Source: Azolla caroliniana
Taxonomy: Eukaryota; Plantae; Polypodiophyta
NCBI GenBank assembly: GCA_043228905.1
Contig: JBHGNT010000014.1
Location: 17,360,001 to 17,424,000, forward strand
DNA: 64,000 nucleotides
Direction: 5' to 3'
The position numbers and the translations under genes were made by a program. The notes beneath the pieces are model-generated. The model was not told the DNA's origin. It worked only from the letters and a program-made list of their open reading frames with translations, and did not search any database. Positions 10,495-23,584 of the stretch are shown here, piece by piece; position 1 is the stretch's first letter, and the number at the start of each line of letters is the position of its first letter.

Positions 10495-11364
10495 GTCGAC
10501 CGGCTGCAGGTTCTGAATGAAGCGCAATGTTCCGTTTTTCTTTGGTACGGTAAACCATCGGTTCGAGTATGGCGCGCTCGACGGTTCGAAAATACCCATA
10601 TCGACTTTCTGCCTCAGTAGCTCCATCAACTCCGGGATGTGAGCTCTTGGTACCGGAATCGGCTTGAGATTCCACGGCACATGTGGTACCGTGAATATCA
10701 CCATCGGCTCCACGATTGTCGGGTCTACGCACCCGATCTCTTCCGGCGAGAATGCGAAGGCTTTCCCGTGCCCTCCGAGCATTCTCCGAAACCGGTCTTC
10801 CTCCGCCGGCAGTAGGAACCTGCCCCCACCGACCTTGAGCTCCCGGAGCGTCCCGTCGGTGAAGGTGTGTCCTATGCAGGCCGGATCTCGTAAACTAGGG
10901 TCCGACGCCACCCCTCTGATTCGGGACTCGCTGCCCTCCGGCAAGGGTGCCGCGACTGGCCTCACCTTCCGGTCCACAGTCTTGTACTTCGTGCTAACTC
11001 GGGCCGTCCGATCCGACCCGAGCCCCCGACTGAAGTTCGCGATGACTTCGTACATCTCTTCGGAACATACCGGTATTGTCCGGTCTTCGTTAAGGTCTTC
11101 TCCGGCAACCTTCCTCAGCATCCCCAAGGTGTCGTCGAAGGAGACCGCCTCCACGGCCCCGCTGATTTCCTCGTCCGGGCCGAGAACTCCGCACGCTCGA
11201 AGTCGCTCTTCCGCCCTTGTCTTTTCTCGGCCAACGATGCCGACTACCATACACCCTCCGTTGTCGGAGAAGCAAAATCTCCTACCTATCGTACAATCGT
11301 GGGGTCTTTCCCGAGTGTCCGGACTGTCTCGGCCCCACGCCTTGGCAACCCTCTCTAAAAATCC
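10495..11364 (-). pseudogene. Gypsy D pol N-terminus (truncated RT), in the -1 frame relative to gag-protease
   Basis: TKYKTVDRKVRPV, PHVPWNLKPIPVPRA, APYSNRWFTVPKKNGTLRFIQ homologous to E pol. Confidence 0.88.
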
Positions 11365-13481
11365 TCCCGGTTCTCGCCACCGAGGGATTCGCGGTTTCGC
11401 TCGTGGTTCGGTCGCACCGTCAGAAATTGGACCGAATGGCGCCCTTCCTGGCTTTTGACCCTCGCGTAGGCCGAACCGTTGTCCAGCACCTTGGTCTCCA
11501 TTCGCGCCGCCGTGATGTATGGTTCCCCTAATATGACCGGGTGCGAGGACGTCTCCTGTACGAAGAAGTGCTGGTCAATCTCGACGTCGCCGATCTTGAC
11601 TCGCACGTTCGGGCAAGCCCCGTGCAGTTCCTCTGTGGCGCACGTCGCCGCCCGTATCTTCCACCCGTGCTTGGTGTTGATCGGCCACTTCCCCTTCTTA
11701 TAGAAGTCCATGGACATCAGGTTTATTTCCGAACCGTGGTCCACCAGTGCCACCACCGGTTCCTGAACCTCTCCGATCTTTACCGGGGTCTCCGTGGTCG
11801 CTCGGGCCCAGTGCGGCCTCGAATAGTGGCTCTCCGCCCACTCGTCTTCCATCGCCATGTCGTCGATGTGCGTCGTCCGCACCTCCACCGGTCTTTCCGG
11901 TTCCGTCTCCGTCGACAGTCTCTTCCGTTTCACCAGGTCCACAATGGAGTCGTGGAACTCCTTCTTGGCAATCCCTAGCACCTCCCGTAATGACAGCTCC
12001 ACTTTGCTGTCGAGGATCCGTTCTTCCAAGACCTTTCGTAGGTCCGTAGTCCTTTCTATTTCCGTCCCCAGTCGGTATCTGCCCTTCCTGGGGTTATCTT
12101 GCGAGCCGGACCCACCGGCATCGTTCCGTCGTTGCCCGAATCGGGTCTCGTACCGTTGTGAGGGCCCGGCCGCTCTGGCTTTCCCCACTCGCTTGTCTTC
12201 TACCAGAGCCTCGTAGTTCCGGCAGGCGGCTTCTACGAAGCCCGTCTTCTCCTCGACCGGATCGCTCCACCCGGTTATTTCCCGGACCCGTCTCTCAGCA
12301 CGGTCCGTTTCGTCTTTCCTTAGCCGTGCGCCGGTAGGACCTTCCAGCATTGCCGACCAGAATCCGTCTTTGCCCTCCTTTCGGGCCTCGCTGCCCCCGA
12401 CCCAAATGCCGGCCGACGCCGAGTAGTGGATGGCCTCTACGTGTCGGGCCGCTGCCTCTTCCATTAGTCTCTTCATACCTCCTCGCCCGTCGTTTCGTTT
12501 CAGGGCCCTCCTGGTGTCGCCGGCGTGCACCCGGCCTTCCCACAGGTACACCACCCGGTTCCTCAACGCCTCTGCGAAATCGCCGCAGTCCTTCCGAATG
12601 TGGCCGACCTCGTCGCACCACATGCACCTGTTCCCCGCTGCCGGCCGTCGGTCACGAGCCGGTTCGCCGCCTTCCCTTCGAGTCTGGGCGATCTGGAGAT
12701 CCTTTATCGCCCGCGTCAATTCCTCCAGCCCTACTCCTCCGGACGAGCCATTGACCATGCCGGTCGAAGCCCGGCCGGTTTCGAGCCATTCCCGGGTTTC
12801 TTCCCTTCGCACTTGCGGTGCCGGTTCAAGCCTCCTTGCTGTGACAGAGCCCGCACCGGCCGCCCGGTTGTCAGCCCATTCTCGTCGTTTGTCGAAACGG
12901 CCACAGACTCTCTTAACCGCAGCCTAGTCAGTTGTCAGCCCGTCTTCGGTTTCCAGCAAGGAGCCGACTTGATCTCTGTCCCGCTCGTCCACCGACTTGA
13001 TGAACAATAGGACCGGGCTCGTATCCAGAACGGTTCGGTCAAGCGCCGAAAGGCGCGCAAAGCGTTCTTCGAACTCCCGGAGGAGTGCCGACGCGTTTCT
13101 TTCCTTGCCGAGGGACTCCACCCATTCCATGAAGTCCCGTTTTGAAAGCCGGAGCGCGTCGTCCAGCCCGTATTTTTCTAGGAGTCGGCCTTCGAACTCC
13201 TCCCAGGTACGGCTCTCTGCCCGCACCTCGAACACCTCCGCATGGATGCTCGGCATCGCCACTCGAGGAAACCCGGCAAGACGCCTCTCTTCCGGAATGT
13301 CCCGCATCAGCATTTCTGCCCCGTAGGACGCCAAATACTTCGTGGCATCCTTTCCGCTGAACCGGCCGATCGTACCGACGACCGCCTCAATGGCTCTGTC
13401 GAGGGCGCCGGTGCCCTCGTGTGCACTCAATATCCAATCCACGGCCGAAGCCATGGCCTCTGCAAGATCCGACCCTTTCAT
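11355..13481 (-). pseudogene. Gypsy D gag-protease ORF (one in-frame TAG at 12924-12926)
   Basis: Track ORFs 12924..13592 and 11355..12812 share a frame; CMWCDEVGHIRKDC knuckle; protease ALVDHGSEINLM. Confidence 0.88.
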
Positions 13482-13503
13482 CTTCTGCTCTTTTGCCGCC
13501 TCT

Positions 13504-13521
13504 TTCACGTCGGGTTCACCA
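13504..13521 (-). promoter_or_regulatory. Primer binding site, tRNA-Trp (Gypsy D)
   Basis: Plus strand TTCACGTCGGGTTCACCA equals the 3' end of plant cytosolic tRNA-Trp; 4 nt from the LTR. Confidence 0.88.
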
Positions 13522-14155
13522 AAGATGTCGAGGTATTCCTCGCGGATGCGTGGAATGAGGCGGAACCTCGGGGGTCCTGTACCAAAGAGCAAGAGAGGAG
13601 GGGAAGAATCCCTCTACGTGCGAGCGTAGATCCACAGGGACACGGCCCTTCGACACAAAGACGCAAGTGGGACAGCGACACAGAAAGACACGAATGTATG
13701 TATGTATTGACAAGACAAACAACAAGAACACGAAAGCAACAAAACACGAAGTCGGTTACAACCGAACAGGCCGGCGAACAGATGCCGATGCCTGTTCGTA
13801 GACGCACAGAAAGACAGGAGCAGGTTGGAGGTGCTACCGGAAGCACTCAAGCATTCCTCAGAGCAGCGCGAGCCTCTCGAAACCTGCACAGAAGGAAGCT
13901 ATGGAGTTTGCGAACCAGAGAGAGAGAGAGAAGCCCTCGCATGCAAACCGACAACACTTCGTTCTCGACTCTCCGCGATCCCCCTCCCCCTTCTCGTCTC
14001 CCTCCTTTTTATAGGCAAGGAAGGAGCCGTTTCCCCCTTTACTTCCTACTCCCTAAATCTACCTGCCTAGGATCTTCTATGGACAACGTTCGAGAAGAGC
14101 CGGTTCCCACGCTCCTGTGCACCGATTCCGCTTGTGGACGGTTTTCTTCACGACA

Positions 14156-16090
14156 CCGTGCGCCGACATTGTCCCCCGAATATGCGCTCATTCTTTGGCC
14201 CTTAGGTGACCCCATTACGCGCACCTCGATTCTCCCTTGCTCTCCATGCTCTCTCGTAGTAGAGCGTATCGTCATCCCGACCTCCGTGTCGGTGTCCCTA
14301 AACCCTCGACTTGCGCCCTCTTGGCCCGCCTGGCCCGCTCAGCCGCACACATCCTTTGGGATGCCCCGTTTTCTCTTCACGGTATGTGACCCTTCGTTCT
14401 CCACGCATCCCCTCCGTTTTCCCAGACACAATCCTTTGTTCATGCCGGTCACGCTCGTCTCGTTCCGTCGATCTTGGTGTCTCGTGGCACCGTCCGTTGT
14501 CCCGTGCTTGCCTCTCGAAGGCTTCCTCCGACCGTCATCGTCGGTCACTCGTTGCGGCTCCTTCGAATGCACGCTTGCTTCTTGGCCCTTCGCCGGCCGT
14601 AGTGCATGCTCCGTTTTACGCCGTAGTACATACTTCGTATTACGCGCCTCATCCACCGTAGACCCGACCTCCGCGTTGGTCTCTTCGTCCTTCGTTGCCG
14701 TAGCCCATTCCGACTCGGGCTTGCCGTCTTGGCCCCGCTCGTCCATTATTTCATACCGGATGTGTACACCAGTCTCCAACTCCGCATCGGCCTCTAACTC
14801 CTCGCCGCCACCCGCCGTCTCTTCGGTCTTATGTTGATCCGCAACCGCCGAAGTCTCAAGAATAGCTGTGGAGGGTTCCCCTTGCTCTCGGTCTTCCGCC
14901 AAGCCATAATCCCCGGTTAGCCTCCTTCTCGTGCTCACCGGCTCCCACCACGTGTTGTGGCTCGTACGCCTCGGCCTCCAATCATGCCGACATAGCCTTC
15001 GCCGAGATCGGTCTTGGCCGATCGAGTTCCGGTTTGGTCGGCTCCCTTTTGTAACCGTAACCGGTCGGTACATGTTTGTCCGCACAAATCCGGCCTTGCT
15101 GGCTCTTCTTCGGTTCGGGCCCGGTTGACAGGACCCCACTCCAATCTTCTTCTGCCTCGTCTTCCAGTCGTGTCGGATTATCGACCGGTACATCTTCCGG
15201 TCGGGTCGGTTCCCGACTCTCTCCTCCTTGCCGCTCCCGACCTCTCCGTCGGTCCTCTTGTATATGCCCGCTCCGGGCCATGCCTCCTCACGGCCACTGT
15301 CCTTCTCTCCGGTCTTATGTTGGCATTCGAGCACAACCGCCGCAGTCTCCGGCCCCGGTGTCGAGGGGTCTCTCCTCCGTCCGCTATTACCTTCCTCATC
15401 GTCGTTTCGATCGTCCTCTTTGTCGCCGCCACCTTCTGTCTCTCCGGTCTCACGTGGGCTCTCGGGGCCGACCGCCGAAGTCTCTAAAATAGGTGTGGGA
15501 AAAGTCTCAGTACCATCACTCGCTGATGTCATGTTTGTAGCCACCTTCGTTCGGACGTCGAGGTCCGTGGCTATCTCGTCCCCAATCGCGCAAGCGTCGA
15601 TTACGCTTGCCGCCGTCTCTTCCATGTCGTCGTCTCGGTTGCCCGCCTTGCCGCCGCCACCACCCGTCGCTCTAGGACTCACACCGGCACTCGGGCCGAC
15701 CGCGGGAGCCTCTAGGACCGGTGTGTGTAAGGTTGCGGCACCACCGCTTGTCTCCTCCCCACTTGATGTTTCAGGCCGCCATGTCCCGAATCCGTAGTTA
15801 TCGGCCTCCATGGCCGTCCCTTCACCGCAAGGCAAGAGGGTCGCTTGCTCCACGCCCTCTCCCATGTCACCGTCGTACGCTCTTTCGGCCTCCGCATAAG
15901 CCCCGTCCTCCACGCGTAGGGAGGCTTCTTCCTCCGCATCCTTCGATCCGCTTGGGCCCAACTCCGTAATAAGCCCTTCCTCAGCTTCGAACTTCACCTT
16001 CACGCTCTCGCACGCCTCCCATACCAATGCCTCGAAGTCGTACTCCTCCGGTTGATTGCTTGTCAAGCTCTTTTCCGGCGGTGGTTCGCG
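14156..16090 (-). other. Gypsy-type 3' extra region with a long low-complexity ORF (track 14339..16159)
   Basis: 14156-14450 aligns by eye with 9981-10270. The peptide has internal repeats (TPVLEAPAVGP / TPILETSAVGP / TAILETSAVAD; RHDW twice). Confidence 0.55.
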
Positions 16091-16884
16091 CGTCAAGCTC
16101 TTGTCCGAATCTGGCCGGTTCTTCGAGTGTCCGACTTCCAGCCGGATGGGTCCTTGCATCTCTGTCCATCGACCTGGAGTTCGCTATACCCTTCTCCGAG
16201 TCCCAGTCGGATATTGTCATGTCTTCCATGAAGACTATGTCTCGACTCCGGAAGACCTTCTCGTTGACCAAGTCCCACACCTGGTATCCAAACTCATCAT
16301 CTCCGTATCCAAGGAATATGCATGGGCGAGACTTCGGATCCAATTTCTCTCTCTTGTCCTTTGCAACATGCACGTATGCGAGATAACCAAACACCTTCAG
16401 ATGCCGGTAAGACACGCCTTTACCGATCGATACTTTATGCGGTGAGTCTCCATCCAAGGTTGCTAAGGGTGATCTGTTTATCACATAGGTTGCCACCATC
16501 AACGCCTCAACCTAAAATGTCTTGGGTAACTTGGCATGTGCGAGCGTACTCCAGACTCTCTCCATCATGGTCCAATTAATTCTTTCCACCAATCCATTCA
16601 GTTCTGGTGTCTTTGGCACGGTGAATTCGAGCCAGATTCCCTTGGACTGGTAGTACTCCTCGAATTGCGCCCATATTCTCCTCCGTTGTCCACTCGAACC
16701 TCCTTCAGCTTCCACCGGTTTCCCTTTCCACCATCATGTGGAATTCCTTGAAGATGGATAACACCTAGTCCTTCGTCTTCAACGGTGAAACCCATAGCTT
16801 CCGGCTGTGGTCGTCTATGAATGTCACGAAGTACTGCAATCTGGCATGTGATGTCGTGTCCACTTGTCATACATTGGTATGCAT

Positions 16885-17714
16885 TGTGGTTGTTTACGTA
16901 CCCGTATTTAACATTTAAATACGTATAGTACCTCATAATTTGTATAGTACGTAGTATACCTCAATGTTGTTCATTCAAATATCGTGTACATTTGTCCAAT
17001 ACGGTATTTAATGTACTTTTGAAAAAATAGGTATAATACGTATTTATAAGAAAACGTAAGTAAAAACCCAACAAAAAGCAAAAGATTTTAGTGAAAAAGA
17101 AGAAAAAAGAAGGAAGAAAGAAGAATAGAAGAGATGACGACGAGGACGAAAAAGAAGAAGAAAAAGAGAGAAAAGAAGACAGAAACCTGTTCTGACTCTA
17201 AGTGTGATAATCACTGTAGATAGAAGAAGAAGAAGAAGAAGATAAAGAAGAAGATGAAGAAGAAGAAGAGAGAAAAGAGGAGAGAAACCTATCCTGAGTG
17301 TGATAATCCTAGATGATTCCTCAACCTATGAAGGGATAATCATAAATAATTACAATTCAAAGTAGAACACCATGATACACACTTACACTGATTTATAGAA
17401 TAAGTGAATGTCTACATCCATATTATAAATATTTTAGGATGTGAAATGTTCAAATGTCTTATATGCATTTTAGGATGTAGAACTATAATGTACATCACAA
17501 AATGGTGTAAACATAGATGCTTTTTACAATATTACAAATATTTTTTAGAAAGGTAAATAATTTTCAAATTCCAGAAGTATTTAACGTATTTTATAAGTAT
17601 TTAACATATTAAAAAACACATTTAACGTATTTTTAAATTGGGAGGTACTATACACGTATTAATACGTTATATATGTATGCATCCGTACCGTATCTAACGT
17701 ACCTAACAACCTTG
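16885..17714. mobile_element. Non-autonomous hAT-like element in Copia F integrase
   Basis: 8-bp TSD GTATGCAT/GTATGCAC; imperfect TIR (tgtGGTTGTT vs caaGGTTGTT); subterminal ACGTA/CGTAT motifs; AT-rich with (GAA)n. Host sequence resumes on both sides. Confidence 0.7.
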
Positions 17715-19452
17715 GTATGCACAAGTTCCAGTGGTGCATTTAGTCTCGATGGTGGTCTCAACTGGAAAAAGGTTCTGTTTTGGTTGCCTGCCAAACAATC
17801 GGTGCACTTCTCAACGTCTTTCACCTCCGGAATGAGGTTGTCTTCGGCAAGTTTCCGCATTCTCTTTTGGCTCATGTGGCACAACCTCTTGTGCCACAGC
17901 TCACCGGCATTGTCAAATGTCACGTTCACTTCTTCTTCCCGGCGTATCCGGGCATGCATCAGGTAAAATGTGTTGATCTTCCGGGCTCGGGCCACGATCT
18001 AGCTTCCTTTGCAGAACTTCATGACTCTGTTCTAGATGCTACCCGTGTAGCCTTCATCATCTAGCCGACCGGCTGATATCAGGTTCAACCGAACCTCCGG
18101 AACGTGTCAGACATCCTTTAGCTGCAACTTGCACCCGGTTGATGTCGTCAACCACACATCTCCTATGCTGACAATTCGGCATGCTCCGTCATTTCCCATC
18201 CGGATAGAAATGTGATCTCCGACTCTGTACGATGAGAAGCACTTCCGGTTGGGAGTCAGGTGGAACGACACTTCGGAGTTGACCACCCATGTTGTTTTGT
18301 CATTGACAAGATGCAACTCACTCTCCTCGGCGATTAGTAGCAATTCTTCTTCACTTGTCGCGATGGCCGACGTTCCTCTCCTTTTCGAAATCTTCTTCTG
18401 TTTCGGAATGTCGGCTCCTCCTTTGGCTTTCCAAAAGTGTCGACAATTCTTCTAGAAGTGCCCCGATTTTCTGCAATAAAAGCAAGTGGGTCTCCCCCTT
18501 GACTTCAACCTCGTCCCTGATTTGTCCCGAATCTGGGGATTCTGATTCCGGCCTCTTCCTCGGTTATGGTCGTCTTCCGTAACCAAGGACTTCGGATCGG
18601 TTCCGGACTCCTGGTCCTTCCTTCGAGCTTCTTCATCCAGCAAGCTTGATTTTACCTTTTCTAGGGACAACTGTTTTCCTTCCAGCCCGTCGTAGCCCAA
18701 AGTGACAACCATCGTCTCCCAACTATCTAGGAGGGAACTGAGCAGGAGCAACACAAGTACCTCGTTGGCGATAGGTACTTCCAGTGAGGTTGTTTGATTT
18801 GTGAGCCCCTGGAATGCATTCATGTGCTCCACCATGCTGGATTTGTCTTGGTACTGGAGTCTCACTTACTTCCGGAATACCGAAACCCGATTTACGACGT
18901 TTTTACTCTCCAGCATGGTGCCGATTTTCTCCCAGAGCACATGAGCCTTGCTTTCTTCATTAAAGTTGTTGTACAAGCTCATGTTGATGAAGCACTGAAT
19001 GTATGCCATCGTCTTCATGTGTATCATCTCCCACGTCGTGGCATCGATCTTGTCCGGTTTCTTGTCCCCGAACTGTACCGATAACCAGAGATCTTTGACC
19101 ACGAGCATGTCCCTCATCTTTGACTTCCACACTGGATAGTTGGAGCCTGTGAGCTTGAACATGCTTCCAAATGACTCTTCCATTTTCTTCAAGGTTTAGA
19201 AGCTTCGCTCTGATACCAGATTGTGAGGAAATGGAGCTCGACAACGGAGTCTTAAACACTTAAAGGAAGGAAAAACGGAGAATGGAAATGAGATAGACAC
19301 AAGAGGTTAACATGGAAAACCCTAATAGGGAAAAACCACTGGAACCCACAGACTCCAACTATCACTATAAGAAGAGAATACAGTGCGACTTAGAGGCAAC
19401 GACCTCGAGCCCTATGTCTTTACCAACCGGCAATTACAACAGAAAACAGGTT

Positions 19453-21520
19453 TGTTAATCCTTAGGGCCGGACAATGGCCTAACACAGGGTGTCTCTGGA
19501 AGACACTTCACCAAAGGGGTGTTACGGCGAGATAACTTAAGACACAACGATTAATTCGACTTAATTGGATACTTTGCAATAAGACATACACTTAATACAC
19601 GCGTAAGATATAACAAATAATACAGAACGGTAATCAATACGTGAAGATAAAACAAGAAGCTTATATTAATTCTCCATTAAAGTTATACATTGTAACCGGG
19701 CCTTTATATAGGTCATCGGTGCTGCTTACAAAAATGGTGCCAACCGGCACCTGTTCGGAACCGGTCCGGATCCGGATCGGCATACCGATTCTTGTCCGCC
19801 CGTTCACTACATAATTATAATCTACTTTACTTAATTAAACTATATCCCGAATAACCATCCCTTTCACATTCTGGTCTCTGCACCTTTGTTGGCCGAGTAA
19901 CACATGGCACGCCCGTGGGACAGTACCTTGTACGTCGAATCCCACTATCCGGCCCTTAGCCTTCGTCCAAGATATCCAGAATACTCTGCTCTAGGGTATC
20001 CAATGGTTGTTCGGGACTCTGTTGTTGTTGTTGTTGTTGCTGTGGCTGCGGCTCCTCCGACTATTGCTCCTGAGAGGGCGTCAATTCGGCTCCCGGTACC
20101 GGTGGTTGTGGCGGTGATTCCTTCGTTAGCTGCTCCGCCGGATTTGACTCCGTTTGACTCGCCCGGCCTTGTCTCTGTCCGGTCCTTGCTCCGGTGATGG
20201 CTCCTCATCGCTGAGGTTGACGATCGCTGCCTGCTTTGCTTCTTCTCTCCGTAGCCTGGTCCACTCATAGCTCTCAAACTGGATTTGAGCATCCAGTCGA
20301 TCATCATCTAGTTGTGCTACAAGTTGCCGGACCACTGCTGACTGCTCTTCCGCTAGAGTTACAAAATCTTCGGCTAACTCATCTCTTACGGCGGTGAAGT
20401 CCTCTTTCGTTAGCATGTAGCAGTCGTTGTCATCCTTCTGCCGGTTTTCCACGTCTGCCCGTAGCAACTCGAGCTCGGCTGTGTGCTTTGCCCATTTGTC
20501 CCACCATTGTGCAGAGCTCTCGTTAATCAAGCGTTTGGTCTTGTTTCTCCATGCCTGGACAATGAACTGGATCCGCTCCAATCCCATCTTCGATTTATCC
20601 TCCGCGGCTTGCCGTTTGTCCTTCAACTGCTTGATCAGTGCCACCGTATCCACCTCCTGCTCACGGTAATGTGACAATTGGGTTTGATAGGTGTTCTGCA
20701 TCCTTTGCAAGACCATCGTCGCTCTTTCCTTCTCTTCATTATGCTGCTTATGCAGCTCCATCCATTCTTGCGCGGCTTCCTCCAGCATCGTGGTTCTTTC
20801 AGCCTGTTCCTCCGCCATCACCGTCTCAACTCTATGCACCTCCTGCCAGAGCTCTGCCATCATCTCCTGCTATTTCTTATGCTCCGTATCCAGGTGCTTG
20901 TAGTCCCGGTACAGGTGCTCAAAATCATCGGTCTTCTGCTTCAGCTTTTGGTTGAGTTGCTGGCGAGCGCGGTCTTCCTGGTCCTTCTGTTGACGGAGTT
21001 CTTCTTTCTTGCTCCTTCTTTGGTGTCAGAGGCTTCTCCTCCTGGACTTCCGGTGTCAGAGGTCTCTCGTCCTCGACTTCTGGTTCCGGAGTATGGTCAA
21101 CTTTTGGTATCGGGGTTTCCAGTCTTGTCAATTTTGGTTCCGGTGTCGGCAAGGTATCCGACTCCTCGTCCTCTTGTCCGCCTGGGGTGTCGTTACTGCT
21201 GCGGTAGTTCGTCTGCGCGTTGTATTCCCCGTCCGAACCCGATTCAAATGCTGAAAATGCTTCGAATTCGCCTTCCCCCGTTGCCAATGCCTGGAGAAGG
21301 GATTCCGCTTCCCGAAGGCTGCTTAGGCAGCTTCCTTTGTCCGGGTAGGCGTTTTGTGGTAACCGAAGTGACTCCTTGGCCACTCTCCGGATCACCTTGT
21401 AAAATGAGTGATCCGCTCTGATTTCTTCTGCCGCTTGCTGGAAAGCCTCTTGCTTCCTCAGCCGTTCAGCAAGTCTCCTTGCTCGCTCTATAATCGGGTC
21501 GTTCGTTGGTCGCGTCATCC
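19453..21520 (+). mobile_element. Truncated Tat/Retand-like Gypsy: 450-bp LTR (19453-19902), tRNA-Arg PBS and antisense ORF region
   Basis: TGTTA...TAACA termini; TTTATATA near 19703; PBS TGGCACGCCCGTGGGAC at 19905-19921; sits inside the LTR of F. Confidence 0.75.
20126..21518 (-). pseudogene. Frameshifted coiled-coil/acidic protein ORF, antisense to the Tat-like LTR
   Basis: Track ORFs 20925..21518 and 20126..20863; E/K/Q/R-rich heptad-like composition; no family recognised. Confidence 0.55.
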
Positions 21521-22966
21521 ATGTTTGGGACTAAGTCATATTTATACTTATATGACTTTGGGACTATTTACAAATATAGCCATGATAGGCACATCAGAAA
21601 ATATTTACAGATATGTCCCTGGATCCGGTTCATACCAGATCCATCCGGATCTTATCCGGAGGGATTGAATTCCCAACAAATATTTCCTAGCTTGCATGCA
21701 TACCTCCACCTTCTTGTATAAATACTTGGGTGTACCTTGATTCCAATCAAGGTGAACAACACCAGTTACGGAAGCATAAGTTGAGTTCTTGTTATGTTTA
21801 TCTTGCCTCTTCTATATTTTATTATTTAGTCTCTTGTCTTTCTTATGCTTTGTTCTACTCAACTATGATAGTGATAAGCTTTCTTACTCAACCACCCAAT
21901 TAATAGGGTTTAATATAATTAGTATGGGGCAGGTGTTTTCAAGTAAACGCACGTGTGTGCTACTTGAGCGAGACCACAAAGGACATGAACTAGTGAGGAT
22001 GTGATGCCGCACATTAAGAATCATCGAATCACCTTCTAGATCTCCTTATGTGAATCCCTTTTTCTATGGTTAATGCCCAAAGTACGAGACAAGGAGAAGG
22101 CTCCAAGGAGGTGAACACTTGAGAAGGCGAGCTTCATGGAGGCAAGAATTCCAAGGAGGCAAAGGTGAATGTTCTAAGGAAGTGAACACTTGTGGAGGTG
22201 AAAGTTCATAGGGCGAATACCCATGAGATGAACATTCATGGAGGCGAAAGTTCGAACGAGGCATGAACTTGCCTATTGTTTGTCCCGTACGTGTGCTACT
22301 TGAGTGGGACCACCAAGGACTTGAACCAGAGAGGATGGATGACTTGAAGGTTCGTTAGTGTCAAATAATCGTTAGAGGCGAAAGGTTTCTAGAATCAAAG
22401 GCTCTCTAGAGTTGAAAGGTCGTGAGAATCGATGGTAGGATAGAATCGAAGGTAGGCAATAGTTGAAGGTAGGTTAGAGTCGAAGGTATTAACGATTCAA
22501 ATAGTGAGTTATGCCTGAGATTAACATGTAATTAAACCAAAGAAATTGAGATTATGAATGGATTTTTATTACAATAATGATAAATTTTCAGAAATTAAAC
22601 ATGAACTAAGATCCCTAAATTTCATGAAAAACATGTAAATAAAACCCTAAAACAACAAGTATGTTGTGGAGAAGAAGAAGAAGACAATGTTGATGAAAAG
22701 AATAAGAATAAGAGAGAATCTTCAGGTGAAAATTCTCACGTTTTGGTGTTAACTCCCAACGATCAATGGCCATGTCACTTCTTATTGATGTTGGTCTTAC
22801 ACGCCCTCTTGATTTGTCACCATCGCTTCCCAATCCGGAAGAGCTTCATCATTTCTCTCTTTCTTCCCCCCTTTGTCTGTGTTCTCTTCACCCTATTATA
22901 GGATGAAGGAAGCTTTCTTTCTAAATAGAAGTATGTGGTTTTTTATTTTAGCACATAGAACACCGG

Positions 22967-23525
22967 TGTCACGGACACACCAACTGCGGACTACGACGGA
23001 GCATGAATGATGAACGTAGAACTAGAAATGACAAGAGCATGAAGACATACATAAAGATCATGGAGACAAGATGCGGCAAAACGAGGATAGTAGATTGATG
23101 TGTCAATGACTGGCATTGAATCCCTTGAAAGGGACCAAGGAGGTTACAAGTATTTATACAAGTTCTGAGATGGAATATCTCTTGAATATACTCGAGAAAT
23201 ATCTCTAGAATTTACCCAACAAATATCTCTAGAATATAGATGTTTAGAATACACCATAGAATATTTCTAGAATATACTAAAGACTAGAATATTCTGGAAT
23301 GTATTACATGCTAGAATATATAATACTAAAGTATTATGTATAAACACATGCTCACATCCAAATGGTTAGACATGACTTCTTGTTGAAGTGAGGTTGTAGG
23401 TTCAATCCTTACCAACTAAATATTTTATGCCACTATTATAGCTAATTAGTTGGTAAAATGGCCCCAAACTAGGGCGAAGTCATTGGAGCCCCAAACTAGG
23501 ATGTCTTGAAGATCGGGGTGTAGCA
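22967..23525. repeat. Probable degenerate LTR with CTAGAATAT repeats and a tRNA-like segment (about 23350-23416)
   Basis: Starts TGTCACGG and ends GGGGTGTAGCA; no matching TSD found. Confidence 0.4.
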
Positions 23526-23584
23526 GCACGTGTGTTTCTGATTGCCCACATTTTTTATTAGGGTTGATTTCATACATATTTCAG

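Larger units (their letters stand above)
9481..14155 (-). mobile_element. Ty3/Gypsy element D (Phygy/Selgy-like non-chromovirus), internally deleted or chimeric
   Basis: 5' LTR 13526-14155 (TGTCG...CGACA), tRNA-Trp PBS, gag-protease, and an RT start broken at LRFIQNLQPV (about 10500) that is joined to a 3' extra region. Confidence 0.88.
16090..21678 (-). mobile_element. Decayed Copia F (5' LTR, PBS, gag, protease, integrase; RT end missing)
   Basis: Stop- and frameshift-riddled ORFs 18866..19192, 18452..18865, 18107..18343, 17648..17995 and 15981..16502. PBS 19207-19218. LTR split into 19222-19452 and about 21521-21678 (ends TCCCAACA). Confidence 0.88.

Noticed and set aside
13242-14837. 531-aa plus-strand ORF
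   Set aside because: It crosses antisense gag, an LTR and a neighbouring element; a GC-rich shadow ORF with no motifs.
21679-22960. Possible LTR or TE remnants
   Set aside because: A TATA-like motif and short repeats are present, but I could not define termini or coding homology.
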